From the NCBI GenBank assembly GCA_040954595.2, contig CM082580.2, positions 6,207,519 through 6,271,518 of the forward strand: a DNA stretch of 64,000 nt. Direction: 5' to 3'. Made by a program: the position numbers and the translations under genes. This DNA comes from Balanoglossus misakiensis. Its lineage: Eukaryota > Animalia > Hemichordata. The notes under the pieces were generated by a model. The model searched no databases and was not told the DNA's origin. It saw only the letters and a program-made list of their open reading frames with translations. Below, piece after piece: positions 48,893 through 62,199 of the stretch. Each line of letters begins with the position of its first letter. Position 1 is the first letter of the stretch.

Positions 48893-51484
48893 ATGGCCGA
48901 GAGGATAGAGGAACTGCTGAACTGTGCAGTATGCTTAGAACGGTACACAAGACCAAAGATTCTGCCCTGTCAGCATACATTCTGTCAGCGGCCCTGCCTG
49001 GAAAACTTAATTGACATCCGCACCAGGAAGATCAAGTGCCCGGAATGTAGGCGGGAACACAAGCTGCCGGTGAACGGCACCAACGGATTTCCCAACAACC
49101 TGACCATCTCCCGGTTTCTGGACATTCCGGCAGAGACCCTGAACAGTACCATCGGAGGGCGGGGGAGTCAACAGCAGCAGCAGGGGGTGGGGGCGGGGAA
49201 TGACCGACAGTGCGCCCTGTGCGAGGCCGAGCTGAGGGAAGGGTTCCGGTGCTCCCACTGCAGCCGGAACTTCTGCCAGAGCTGCCGGAGCCGTCACACG
49301 GACGAGGTCAAGCTGGACATCGGCCGGCTGGTGAACCACCTGCGGCGGGGCGCCCCAAAGCTGTCGGACGCCCTCACCATGGTGGCGCAGAGGAACGACC
49401 GGCTGAGCCAGCACTGCGAGGGCGTGAAGGGGGAGATCTCCAGCTGCGTCGACCGGCTGGTGTCCGAGCTGCGCAACCGGGAGCACATGCTGCTGAGCGA
49501 GGTGGAGACTTTCATGCTGTCCGAGGCCAGGGCGCTGAACATCCAGAAGGAGAACATGGAGGTGCAGTTGGCGGGGATGACCAGCCAGTGCGACGCCACG
49601 GAGAGACACCTCAGCAACGCTCCGGCCGATGTGGGACTGCACGAGCTGGGGACGTTGTACTCTCAGTGTTTAGAATTTGTTGAGCAGCTGAGGAACTTGG
49701 AGGTTAACCCCACAGTGAGTCACGACAAGAGAGTGAAATTTACAGAGGCGAACAGGCACGAGCTGCACTCAAGCACGATGGCATACGGCGAAGTGAGTGT
49801 CTCTAATCAGCCCGGCAGTACCGTGTCAAATTCGAGGTCAGGGTCGGCGTCGGGGTTAGGGTCAGCATCACAGAGACCGAGGCGTTCAAGAAGCACGCCC
49901 CCGCCACCCACAACCAACGACTTCATCAGCCTCCAAATCAATCACGCCATCCCAAGTGCAATTTTCGGTGAGCCCCCACCCCTGCGAACAGAGGCCAGAG
50001 CAAGCCCGGCGAGGGCGGCATCCTCGACCCCACCCTTCGGTCACTGGCCCCCGGCCGAGCCGACAAACCCCAGCCTTCTGTTCAGGGATATTGAAGACTT
50101 GGGAAGTGGCCCTGTAATACCCCATGCGAGCAATACCATGGTCCCACAGGTTACCAGGAGTGCCGATGTCGGTGGAGAGAGAGGCAGGGGTAGAGGGCGA
50201 CGTCGTCAGTGGGACAGGCCACTGATGAGTTTCGCCACCGACATGGCTAGGATTTCTGAGACCAACGGCAGTCTGTCAGATATGAGAAATCCGGCTGGAA
50301 ACCTCACTATAGGTGAGAATGCAGCTAGTTATCGGCCCTCCACTCGGACCTTGATGCATGATTCTCCGACTCCAACTCTGTCTCCGTCCACCCAACCCCA
50401 AAACTCCATACTCGCGCCAACTCGAATACAGAGTTCCCCTGCTCCTGCGCACCCAACGAATCCCGAGTTCAGGAACCCGGCGGGTAATCTGACCATCGGT
50501 CCCAGACCCAGGCCGCGCAGGTTTGAGATCAGACTGGATGGCACCAACGATGAATTTGTGATCGTAGAAGACGGCGACAACGCGGCCCCGCGTGGCGGGA
50601 GGGAGCACACTAACGAGCCACCTCCGTTCACCAATTACCACCAGAAGGGGAGGTCCTTTCTGAGGTTTGGTCAGAAAGGGACCGGCGAAAGCAGCTTTTC
50701 CTGGCCCCGGGGAGTTTCCGTGCTCCCCGACAACCAGATTGTGGTGTGCGACAGCAGCAACCACAGGGTCCAGATCTTTGACGAGTACGGCCAGAGTCTC
50801 TCCTCGTTTGGATCCCGGGGCACCGGCGACGGGGAGTTTGACTGCCTGACGGGCGTCTGCGTGAACACCCGCGGCCAGATCGTGGTCGCCGACCGGTACA
50901 ACCACCGCGTCCAGGTCGTGGAGCCCAGCGGCCGGTTCGTGTCCAAGTTCGGCAAGGAGGGTTCCGGCGACGGGGAGCTGAACTGCCCCTGGGGAGTGGC
51001 CTGCGACGACGCGGACAACGTCTACGTCTGCGACAAGGACAACCACCGCGTCCAGGTGTTCGCGCGCGACGGCGCCTTCCTGCGGAAGTTCGGCCGTCAC
51101 GGCCACTCGGCCGGCCAGCTGGACCACCCGCACTATCTGGCCATCCACCACAACATGGTGTACATCAGCGACAGCTCCAACCACTGCGTCCAGGTGTTCA
51201 ACCGCGAGGGTCAGTTCCAGTACCGGTTCGGCCGCGAGGGCAGCAACTACGGCCAGTTCAAGTATCCGCGGGGGATCATCGTCGACCCCCGCGGGTACAT
51301 CGTCGTGGGCGACAGCGGAAATAACCGGGTCCAGGTGTTCCGTCCGTCCGGCACCTACATGGCGTGTTTCGGAACCTTTGGTTCTGGGAACGGCCAGGTG
51401 AAAGGCATCGAAGGCCTTGCCATGATGTCCAACGGGAACATAGTGGTCTCTGACAAGGACAACCACAGAATACAGGTGTTCTAA
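48893..51484 (+). CDS. nhl-1: TRIM-NHL E3 ligase (RING, B-box-like, coiled coil, NHL propeller), nhl-1/thin(abba)-like, ~863 aa, single coding exon
   Basis: RING CAVC...LPCQHTFCQRPCL...KCPECRREH...FPNNLTISRFL of nhl-1/abba type; six NHL repeats (e.g. WPRGV..IVVCDSSNHRVQIF). Start taken at aaaATGg 48893 because the upstream ORF part lies in an intron ending ttgcag at 48868. Confidence 0.9.
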   Translation: MAERIEELLNCAVCLERYTRPKILPCQHTFCQRPCLENLIDIRTRKIKCPECRREHKLPVNGTNGFPNNLTISRFLDIPAETLNSTIGGRGSQQQQQGVGAGNDRQCALCEAELREGFRCSHCSRNFCQSCRSRHTDEVKLDIGRLVNHLRRGAPKLSDALTMVAQRNDRLSQHCEGVKGEISSCVDRLVSELRNREHMLLSEVETFMLSEARALNIQKENMEVQLAGMTSQCDATERHLSNAPADVGLHELGTLYSQCLEFVEQLRNLEVNPTVSHDKRVKFTEANRHELHSSTMAYGEVSVSNQPGSTVSNSRSGSASGLGSASQRPRRSRSTPPPPTTNDFISLQINHAIPSAIFGEPPPLRTEARASPARAASSTPPFGHWPPAEPTNPSLLFRDIEDLGSGPVIPHASNTMVPQVTRSADVGGERGRGRGRRRQWDRPLMSFATDMARISETNGSLSDMRNPAGNLTIGENAASYRPSTRTLMHDSPTPTLSPSTQPQNSILAPTRIQSSPAPAHPTNPEFRNPAGNLTIGPRPRPRRFEIRLDGTNDEFVIVEDGDNAAPRGGREHTNEPPPFTNYHQKGRSFLRFGQKGTGESSFSWPRGVSVLPDNQIVVCDSSNHRVQIFDEYGQSLSSFGSRGTGDGEFDCLTGVCVNTRGQIVVADRYNHRVQVVEPSGRFVSKFGKEGSGDGELNCPWGVACDDADNVYVCDKDNHRVQVFARDGAFLRKFGRHGHSAGQLDHPHYLAIHHNMVYISDSSNHCVQVFNREGQFQYRFGREGSNYGQFKYPRGIIVDPRGYIVVGDSGNNRVQVFRPSGTYMACFGTFGSGNGQVKGIEGLAMMSNGNIVVSDKDNHRIQVF

Positions 51485-54400
51485 GTCTCTTCCAGCCAAG
51501 TTGGCTGGAAAGACTAGAAGGAGTGGGTATTTCCACTGTTTTTGGAAAGTTTCAAAGCACTTGTGGTAATACAGGGGGGGGGGTAGAATTTATTCACCCT
51601 CCAGTGCCCCTCCACAGACCCACCTCCAACTACCACAATTGTTTGGGCATTTCTCTTGGAGTCAGAAAACAGAGAATTCCTGAAACAGTCACAGCGGGTC
51701 TCAGCTCAGCAGTATCACTGATCTGCTTGCATAGAAAACAACCTTTGATGAGGGAAGTAGATTTGCATGTACAATACCTGTCAGACTATGGCTTTAAAGT
51801 CAGTGTATGCACACAATTAACCACAAGTAACAAAACATCACATTTGTGTGCAGGAGAGAAAATCTGCATGGGGACTCTCAGAGTTCTAACATGGGTTTCA
51901 GGTCCCAATTAAACCCTATAAAATAGGGTTTTAAGCCTCAGAAGGTTAATACTAGGGACACTTAATTATGTGTATTGGTCACTGAATTGTTGTGCCTTGC
52001 ATGAAGAAAACTGAACTTTATGGTTATCACCTGAGTACAGTTGAATGAAATTTTGACAAAATTAAACCATGCAAAATTCATAATTTAATCACAAGCTCAG
52101 TCAGTTACTAGTATGTTGAGGATTGACTGCACCAAACAGGACATTTGTCTCTTGTATGCAATACAACCAAATTAAGTGTAGTCTTATAATAATAATAATA
52201 TATAGTGACATATACATATTCCTGGTACATGTAATGTATCAATGAGATTGTTTTAAACTGACAATTTTAGTTCGCTGTGTTGTGCTTTTGTGCAAATTTG
52301 AGTTTGCTGAACTTGTACTCATTTTCAGTGTTTCACCTTGTGTGTGTGTTCTGAGATACCTGTGCACTGACGTCTTTCCCCGCTGAATGAAATCAACCCC
52401 AGGTACATGTGTATTGCTTTTGGAACTTAACAATTGATTTTAATTACACTTTAATGGGCTTAAGTTAAGGTACGGTCCAGCCGGTCAAAGTGAATTTTAT
52501 TTTAGATGAACAGTTACTTGAATATAGATGCAATCTGTAGCTGTGATTGTGCAATAAAAATGATTCAATTTTGAAGAGGGACAATTTCAAAAGACTACAG
52601 ATGAGGTTTTTGCTAATTAGTGTAATTGACTAAATGGCAAGTGAAATTTACTGCACCAATCCATTTACATGTATAGAGAGAATGTGATTTAACTCATGTG
52701 CTGCAACAGTTTAGACATTGTGATTTATATTTTTGTACGATTTGTGCGAAATGTGGATTCTATATATTATTTACGGTATACACCTCACCTCGAGAACCAC
52801 AGCTCATTTTACGGATCACTCAGAATGTGTATTTTGCCAATGTAAATGAATGACTTTCCTTAATAAATACACATCACCTCATAGGTAACCAACACATTGA
52901 AAACAGTAGCTTGTCTTCCTAGTTGGGTTATTTTTTATCAGTGTATATTACCCTCTTTAAAAAAAATTCAATTATACACAAATTCTGCAGTTTTCTTCTT
53001 GCATCCAGGTGTTTGTGTACAAGGTGACATTGATTTAGAAAGAGCGCCGCCACAGTTTAAATTAGAAAAACTTGTTCCTTCACACTGGCTTATGGTTCTC
53101 CCAAGACCTGCAAATGAATACTCACACACAGACTAAGTTAGGAAACAAAGACATTTCTTTAATAAAAAAAAAGTAACATTTATTGACAAAAGTACACAAG
53201 AATAAACAACGATTTACAAACAAACTACATTTAGGAAATTCAGCCACAAATGTTAAATTTTAGCATTTTCTGAATATGTTACATCCTTGAATATTAATTT
53301 AATTAAATAATAGCAAAGGCTGGTGATAGGCAGCTGGACTCTTGTATTCTAAAAACTACACAGTGACCTACATTTGCAGCCTGGATCATTGAGACATGGT
53401 CAAGGCACCCAATCAAACATCGTATAATGGTTGCTCATGTCAAAGTCACTCATTTACAATCTCTTTAAAACAACCAATCACATCATAGATTAGTCCAGCT
53501 GCGGCTTGGAATGTCCAATGGGAAATCTTGTTTCATATTCTAACACAGACTCATCCTACTGACTATGCTTATTGGATTACGAGTTTTGAAAATTCACAGG
53601 AATCGTTAAAAATCTCAAGCAGATTTAAAAGATTAGAATTGAATTTCTTTCAGTGAAAATATTCGCATATTGTCTTCAAGCTCTGATTGTCAAAACTATT
53701 GAGGCACTCTGTGTGTAAAAAAAGTCAAGTCTATTTCTAACGTCTGTGCTCTACCCTTTGAACTCTACATTCAACAGATCAAAGCTGTTGCTATGAAAAT
53801 GCTATTCAGTAAACAAGTTGCTGTAAATAACTGTCGAAAATAGCTATAATTTGGATCAGCTGTCATTGTATCACGAAAATTTTCATCTGCCAGGAGATTT
53901 ACCGCTAGTTGTACATAAACACCATCGATTGGTACTACACATAAAAATTGGTCGCAAATTCAAGAATGAAACTGTTGTTTGAAACTTGAGGCATAAATCT
54001 GATCCACTAAAGCAAAGCAATGTAACTTTGTAAACAATAATAATTCATGTTATGCCCTAAATATTAATGTATCAAAATATAAATATTTCAGATTCTAAGG
54101 TATATACATACTCAAAGTCTCTAAAATTCAAGGGAATACCCTGGAATAACTTTTCAGGAATGGTGTACGATTGTGCTTGCAACCTTCACATAAAATACTG
54201 TCTCAATAACTGCCATCATGATAGGCTAAAATCAATTTTCCCTCAGAGGGACGTTTCATTTTTTCTTCAGAACATTCAATGATTTCACACGATTTTTTTA
54301 ACGAGAATATGGACCCTGTGTATTGCACTGGAATTGTTTTTCTTGGTTAGGAATGTTTCAGCAATCCAAAACTGGTGTTCCCAAAACCCCAAAGTGTCAA

Positions 54401-55554
54401 TGGTGAAGATATTTCAGTTTTATAAGTTCCCGTAAAAAGGGAAAAAATGTGCAGTTCATGAAATACAAAGGAAGAACCCAACTATTCCTTTCACAGTATA
54501 AACTAATAAATATTCCAAACAAAAGTTGACAATTTCTTCTTTTTAAAAAGTTGCATTGAATATTTCAAAATGACAAAACCTCTTTTTTCAGTACTGTCTC
54601 TGAATATATTGCTGTAGGCACGCTGACAACAAGCAATGCACTAACTAACCATACAAAATTTCTTTTCTTTACATAAAAACCACTGAAGACCTATATTTCT
54701 TTTCACTGAATAGTATTCATTTCATCTTGTTTGATTAATTTTTGGTTTTAATTTCTATGTAAATTATATTTTGTAATTAAATGGTGGTTTCATTGTTTTA
54801 GCTGCTTGTTGGCGATACAATTTAAGTTTCATTGATTTAGCTGCTTGTTAAAGTTAAAGGTAATTTCTTTCTGTAACATACCATTGTTATTATTTTCACT
54901 TAAAATGTTTAGCTCTTAGTCATATAAAATATTTAATAGCTGCTTGATTGCTCATTAAACATTGATAACCTGTTGCAAAGGCAACTTCTACAGTAAAGTT
55001 TAGCATATTTTGAAGCCCAATCAAATAGATCGTTTTATCTGACGACGGAAAATGGCCATGAAAGGAGATACTGACAAAAGATGTTCTTGTGCATTCTGTT
55101 ATAAAATAGGGTCAGTGTATTTTTATATTATAAAATACTAAAAAACCTGAGCCAGTCTTTAAGTTTCATCAAGAACAAGGAATGTTGGCATTACACTGTG
55201 AAACCGATCAAAGTCAAACCTGAGCTATTAATTTGGAAACTGACTTTGAGGAAATGTCTTGCACTTTTTGTAAATACTACTGCAAACCCCAGGTTTTCTT
55301 TGTTCAAGCACTGTTAGGGTTTGATATGGGTTGTACTGTACAGTGTTTCCGCTAGCCACAATATTTGGCAAACCATATACCAGTTGAATGAAGTTTTGAA
55401 TGATTCCGATGTTTGGTTTTTGTCATTATTTTGGAGAATAATTCACATTCGTCAGTTCACAATAAGTCTTTTCGAAAAGGTAGAGGATTGAGAAAAGAGA
55501 AGCCATGGTTTCGAACATTTCTCTGCATCCTGGAAGATCAATCGGACGCCATCT

Positions 55555-55792
55555 TTAACAGCAGCACCCAAATCTCCTGCGACACGTTGCCATGCTGGTG
55601 GAGTCACTCCATTGGTCCCTTTCCACGTCGTACACCTCGACAGTTCTCAAGTAATCGCTGCCGTCGTATCCTCCGATGGTGTAGAGTTTCTGGCCAAGAA
55701 CCACCACGCCGACCCCGCTTCTCGGCTGCTTGGTCGGCGACACGAGGCTCCACGCGTTTGCAGCAGGATCGTAGACTTCCACACTGGCCAAA
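55555..55792 (-). CDS. Kelch-like exon 5
   Basis: LASVEVYDPAANAW...LYTIGGYDGSDYLRTVEVYD...RRRFGCCC*. Confidence 0.93.
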
Positions 55793-56159
55793 CTAGAAAG
55801 TTTAAAGACACAGAAATGATTGAGGTTTAAAGTGGTAGATGTCTCATGATCTGACACCATGGGTTAGAATATTTTTGGACTCTCACAAATCCATGCAATT
55901 GAATGTTTATACCTAGTTGACAACAGTAATGTACAAAATTTCTCTCCTTTTCCACTACAGTTCTGAAGTCAGAAATTTTTGGCAGTTTTTTTTGGTGGGT
56001 GTTGCCAACTTCTTACATACCACAATACAACGAAAGAACAAAACAAAACTTCCTAAAAAAATTCATCTGGCTTTCACAACCAACTAGCCCCTTTTTTGTT
56101 GAAAATATTAATCATTTATACCACCACAACACACAATCTCTGAAAAAAAGTTCTCTCAC

Positions 56160-56269
56160 CTCAAGTCCTGTTCGCATCCTCCCACGACATAAATCTTGCC
56201 TTTCAACACGGCTGCTCCCAGCATAGACCGACGGGTCAGCATCGGTTCCACCATGCTCCACTCTTTTGT
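56160..56269 (-). CDS. Kelch-like exon 4
   Basis: tgcag|TKEWSMVEPMLTRRSMLGAAVLKGKIYVVGGCEQDL(S)|gtgaga. Confidence 0.92.
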
Positions 56270-57556
56270 CTGCAACGCAAGCATACAATCTACTCTTCAG
56301 ACACACAAAAAACTGATTTTTTTCTGTCAGTGGCACACCGGAAAATTTTGAAGTCATGTAAAGTGAATTTGACCACTGTTTGATTATGATGAAGTGAATT
56401 ATCAGTTAAATGCAGTAATACAGTAAAACTTGTTTTGCACTTTTTATCATCTGATATATCTCAGTGATATCTGATGAACCATTGCCAGGTGTCGTCTGCT
56501 TTCGAATAACTGACACAGGACTTTGAATTTCAAATTGTTTTTCAAATTTGCTTATTTCATTATGCAATACTTTTTATGTTCTCTAGGAATTGTTTTTAGA
56601 AGACCAGCATCCTTTTAAACACTTCGTTTCAGAAATATGGTGACTTTTTCGGGGGTTTCAAGTGTTCAGTATTCTTTTAACACGACCTACTTTTATTTCT
56701 TATGGGGTGCCCAGTTTGGGGAGGGAATCTTTGTTGTATTTGAGGTTAAAACCTTCAAAAGTTTTATCTTTGTTGAAAGTCAGTTATGCAGAATTAATGG
56801 GATTATACCCAATTATATGGGAGATTCGGTTGTCAGTGTCTGACCTGATTTGACCCCAATAAACCAAAGATATTCAGGTCACACTACATTCTCATTGTTG
56901 GGTGCTCATCACTGTCACAGAATTTCATTGCTCGTAAAAAATATCCACTTTGAATCTTCCAAACAAATTCCAGCCTCAAAGATTCAATTGTCAGGATGCT
57001 TAGAGTCTGTGTAATGGGTCGTTCATAATGTGTGGACAGATGAGAGCTTCTCTGTACAGAAAAGAACATCAGCTTGATGAAAAAGGCCACGTAATGATTG
57101 AAGTGCAGGGATAAAGATCTTTGCTAAGCATGTCATATCCAATGCATGGTCTGTTATCGTAGAGATATGATGTACTTTTCTTGATAAGGAACCTATTTCT
57201 GGTTATTTATTATTCTGTGTTGGTATTAAGAGAAGCATCATGATTTTAACAAAATAATTGTTGTTTTTCAAAAGCCACTGCAAAAGAATGCAATTTACCT
57301 GAGAAAACATCTGAAGTACCTAAAGAAATAGCACAATTTCAGTTCACAAGGTCATGATGGTGTAAATCACCCATTTTTTTACCTTCATGGAGATGTATGG
57401 AAGGATATTCAATGAGAAAGAATCTTGAAAACGCTTTAATAAACCCTTCAAAAGCAGGGAATAATTGGTCGTTCGCACAGAGCTACAGCGAGTTGGATTC
57501 ACACGTAAAAAAACAAACAACCAGCAACGCACCATCATCCTCCCCAGATTACTTAC

Positions 57557-57672
57557 CTTCGGATTGTATCTTTCCACTGAACTGAGATCGCTGGCACCAT
57601 CATAACCACCAATCACATACAGAAACCCACCCAAGACAACCACGCCGGCCATACTTCTGGGACAAGTCATAT
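57557..57672 (-). CDS. Kelch-like exon 3
   Basis: MTCPRSMAGVVVLGGFLYVIGGYDGASDLSSVERYNPK|gtaagt. Confidence 0.93.
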
Positions 57673-57977
57673 CTGTGGAAAAAATATATTGCTGTTAAAA
57701 TAATTATTTTCAAAAGTTGTTTCTGTGTTAATAAGCCATTTCCATTTTTATATTGTTACACACACATTGCATATTTGCATATGATTTAATGGCCGCTAAT
57801 TTCGATTATGAATGAGACGGAAGAGTGTGTCTTGTCGACAAACCATGACTCAACAGGTGTTTCAAGAACCATTAGGCTGAATTCTTCTGTGATAGAGCAT
57901 AATATTTTATTTCCTTTGCATAAAGTTTGATTTGAGAAAATAACAGTGTATATCTCATGGGATGGGGAAACTCTTAC

Positions 57978-58343
57978 CTGGTATTGGGGTCCATTCATTG
58001 GTGCTGGGGTTGTACCGTTCCGCAGTGCTGATGCTGGTCATGCCGTCGTAGCCCCCGAATGCGTACAGGTGGTTCTGCATCGTCACCACGGCGACGCTGC
58101 TGCGGTGGGCATTCAGCGGGGCCACCATCCGCCAAGAATCGGTCTGCGGGTCGAAACTCTCCACGCAGTTAAGGGCGTTCAGTCCGTCCGAGCCGCCCAC
58201 TGCGTACAGGACGTTCTGCAGCATCGCCACGCCCACTCCGCGCCGAGACCGCCTCATCGGCGCGACAGGTATCCAGCAGTCCTGAATGGCGTTGTATCTC
58301 TCCACGCTGCTTATTGTACATCTCCCTGGCGTGGTCTCTCCTC
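57978..58343 (-). CDS. Kelch-like exon 2
   Basis: GETTPGRCTISSVERYNAIQDCW...LYAVGGSDG...LYAFGGYDG...EWTPIP. Confidence 0.93.
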
Positions 58344-59228
58344 CTGCAAAGTGCCATGAGTGTTATTTCTTGCGACATATACTTGCGAAGATAGATATCA
58401 AGGGTCGAAACTACACTACGTAAAGAGAAATGAAGAATATGTTTATAGCATTGTATGTCTGCCCCTCCCGTCCATCCGCATGATTTCAATTGGCACCAAA
58501 CAGTGTGACATATTTGTCATGGTACCATCATTTTTGCAGTCCCATACAGTTGTGTAATTGAATGCTATAATTAGAATCACAGCTTCTTTGTTTCTTGATG
58601 AATACGATTCAAATTTTCAACAAAAAAATCCAATACCCTCAACAATGAAAGTGCAATTTCCTGTTGTTTATTAGATAATACGGCAACAGATATAGACATG
58701 TTTGCATTTGAAAAGCTTGACTGGTAGACTGATAAATACTCTTTGTACTGAAACATAGTGATATTAAGATCAACCATTAACTTTGAGCATTCCACATCCC
58801 TGAACCACATATTCTATATTATATATATACCAATGTTCGTTTGTTTCAAGAGTGGTTATGTAGATATCTGCGTCAATTTATTTTTCACAAGGTTTTCTTT
58901 CTTACAAAAAACGTGGGAAGCTGGATCATTTTTTCAGGATTATTTCGAGGAGTGAATGTTGTTTTGTTCATTGATATTTTCAGGAACGACCTGGCCATTG
59001 ATGTGACAATCAGTGCCAACAGACTGATAAAACATTACAACACACCCTATAGCTACCATTACATGTCTCCATTATCTCACTGTACAGTTATCAGCCCTGA
59101 TAACCCCAAGCTGTGGTGTACACAAAAGAGTGAACAATGCCTACTCTTCTGCGATAGCACATTTGTCTGCATGAAAAAAAAATAGCAGCCGTGAGGAATA
59201 GAACCGAGAAGATCCAGAGATTACGTAC

Positions 59229-60198
59229 CAACTGCATAGATGAATTTCGATTGACAGAATGAGTCTCTCGGCAGAGTTCTCACGTTCAGCTCCCCTTGCA
59301 GCTGCGGGTGGAACTGTTGTGCGTGATAGCGCTTGGCTTCATTCAAGAATTTAAGGCAGTCTTTGTTAGCGGTAACTAAACTATTGCTGGCAACCTCTGT
59401 GGTCAGAAACTCCCACGTTACTAGGGGAAGTCGCACATGCTCCAGGACGGAGGGTAGCTTCTTGAGGCGGTCCTCCGGGTCGTGTTTGACCCAAGCAACC
59501 ATGGCGCGATAGACCACCTCCTCGCTTTTCACATTGAGGGTGTCCCTGGAGATCAGATCGACGAGGTCGTCCCGGGTCAAGTGCAGGAATTCGTCGCTCT
59601 GCGCAACCTGCGAAAAGTGTTGCTGGGTGTACGTGTCGGCAGCGGCGTGCAGGTCGAAGCAGCTGTGCAGCTCGGCGAACTGGCGGATCCCGATGCAGTT
59701 GGTCGGGTCCAGCTGCGACTCCAGGAACTCGCAGCACGCCTCCTCCACCGTCTGCAGCTGCAGCAGGCTGGCCGCCTTCAGCAGCGCCTGCACGTTGGTC
59801 TCGTTCACCGCCACCTGGGCCGTGTAGGCGAAGTGAACGATGGCGTCCACGGCGTTCGGCTCCACATCCCGCAGCACGATGACGTCCTCGTCGCGCTCCC
59901 GCACCTCGCTGGTGAACATGGCGCTGAAGTACGGGCTGCAGGCGGCCAGCACCAGCCGGTGAGCCGCGATGTGTCGGCCCTGCACCGACAGCGTCACGTC
60001 GCAGAGCTGGCCGCTGCGGCGCAGGTTGTGCATGATGGACAACATGCCGACTGCGTGCTGCTGCAGGCTGGCCAGTTTTTCGATGTCCCTATCGCTGCTG
60101 CTGACGCACTCATCCTGTACGTTGAGTCTTTTGCCGGATCCTGAACTCCTGCTCGCTGACGTTTCATCCGCATTACCACCGCCACCACCTTGCTCCAT
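59229..60198 (-). CDS. Kelch-like exon 1 (BTB and BACK)
   Basis: aaaATGg start; BTB/BACK motifs; ends FIYAV G|gtacgt. Confidence 0.93.
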
Positions 60199-62199
60199 TT
60201 TTCAGTCTCTCTTCCTACAAAACCACTCCCAGCACAAAATGCGCAATTTCTTCACCTCTATAGTATGGTAGTTACTGCAATAGAATTACATTAAAAGAAA
60301 AAATCATCAGCATGACATGCCCCAAATCCTTTTTGATTCATTTATATAATCATATCCAAAAATGTCAAATAACCCAAATGTCACAACACTGGGCAGAATC
60401 CCCATTAACAATATCTTGAACTTGGTTTTCCAGGGAAATGTCTTTGGTACATACGATTTTCATGTGTGGATAGATAACTGAAACATACAAGATCAGAAGA
60501 AAGATTTCTTCTTAACATTGATTCACCGATCCGTTTTATTAAATGTCTACGACAGCAATGCTGTTGTTTTATTACTAATATTACCCTCACCCTGACACTT
60601 GACATTGGCAGTGTATGTTTGGTGCTTGAGGGTCACATGCGTATTGTCGATTTCGTGACTGCAACCTGGAGAAGCTGCGGATCCGTAGCCCTGTCAGTGC
60701 ACTGCCAAAGCATCATGTTTGTTTCTCCTATCCCCCCCCCCCCCCCCCCCCCCCCCGGCAAGTTGGCAGGGCTAAAGGATCCACAACATTGAACAAGAAT
60801 GTTGGTTGATCGGAGCACAGACAAACTGATTTGGCCATAGCAGATACAGCAACACGAGATCTGCTGTGGTCATAAACACCACGGTTCGAACTATGCTGAC
60901 ACTGATGTACTTATCCATTGGCGACAAGGCGTGGTTGTTATATTATTGTGGTTCATCACTAGCGCTGGCAATGGCAAGCAGTTACATGATCGATCGGGAC
61001 GCGACTTAATTCAGTGTGATGTTGACCCTACCGGCGAGGTGCGGATTGCACCTGGAGCCTCGCAGGAATATGTACCTGAACCTACCTTTCCAAGTCATAC
61101 CAAATTCTCTCTTGTCCGCAAGTCACCGACCATAGTGACGCTCCTACACGACAGATCAACCGGCAGCATGTGTTACGAAAACGAAAGTGGGCCACTATAT
61201 TCACATTCAGCGCATGCGGACACGCACATGTTGGGGTCAAAAGGTCAAATGAAATCAACGCTCACGATTTTCTCACGTGAAGAGCTTGCCCGCAATATCC
61301 ACAATGTGATGATCCCGTGACCATAGAAACACAATTGTGAATATTGACACATATGCAAATCCCGTGGCATTTTTGTGTCAACCAGTTTCCTTATGGACAG
61401 CAGGGAGGAGACGTTGAAATGAGATGATGGGGGTAGTTGGATGGGATGCACACTCCCATCACAGGGTTGAGCACAGGTGCTCGTGGACTTGTGCTGGTTG
61501 AGAGCTATGGAAAATCCTTGGAACACTGCATGATTGCGATCAATCAATAAACCAATTTGCACATGTACTTATCCGCAGTCATTCCACAGTGTGGAGTGAC
61601 TTGTGAGTAGACTTAGCTATCAAAAATCAGAAATACAAATGTATTAAATTTGGCGTCGGCCAATCGTCGCATGGTGGCGCTGTTCAAACCTACCAAACTG
61701 GATCGATCGACTGTGCTCAGTTTGGACGAAGGAAACATTTACCGACATGACAGGGCAAGTTCCACCATCACAAGCCGACGATGTAAAACACATGCAATAT
61801 ATCCATCACACGCAGCCTTAATATGTGACATCAGCGTCTATATGGAGTTTTCTTAAATTTCAGTGAAGGCAACCTTGACATAAACTTTTCATACAATGAT
61901 TACATTGTTACATTTAGCAAAGAGCTACCATCGACCATGTCTTTGTTGAAGTTAAGCAGACAGTTTTGAAAAATCATAAGGAAATGTAAAATGTTCAAGC
62001 TATGGCTGCTAAATCACCTCGATAGATATTTTTGGCGTGCAGTAGTAATATTTTGATCATCAAACAAGGAAAAGCTTCCTGCAACACTTCCAAGTAAATC
62101 TATGTAATCAATTTATGTAAATCAGGAGTGGCCGTGTTTAGTTGATAGTAACACTTTATTTCAATTTTGCATTGTCTTTCTCTTCATAAGATAATAGAA

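Larger units (their letters stand above)
55555..60198 (-). other. Kelch-like (BTB-BACK-6xKelch, CUL3 adaptor) gene span: join(60198..59229,58343..57978,57672..57557,56269..56160,55792..55555), ~599 aa
   Basis: BTB LCDVTLSV..AHRLVLAACSPYFSAMF, BACK domain and six GG...Y...W kelch repeats; exons total 1800 nt in frame; the specific KLHL orthologue is not resolvable by eye. Confidence 0.93.

Noticed and set aside
50276-51499. 407-aa minus-strand ORF (also 49007-49642)
   Set aside because: Antisense shadow of the GC3-rich TRIM-NHL CDS; no recognisable protein
55555-55575. C-terminal GCCC of the Kelch protein as a prenylation signal
   Set aside because: Occupies the closing beta-strand position of the kelch propeller (RxxxG+hydrophobic), so it is likely structural
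59482-60144. 220-aa plus-strand ORF
   Set aside because: Antisense shadow of the BTB/BACK exon
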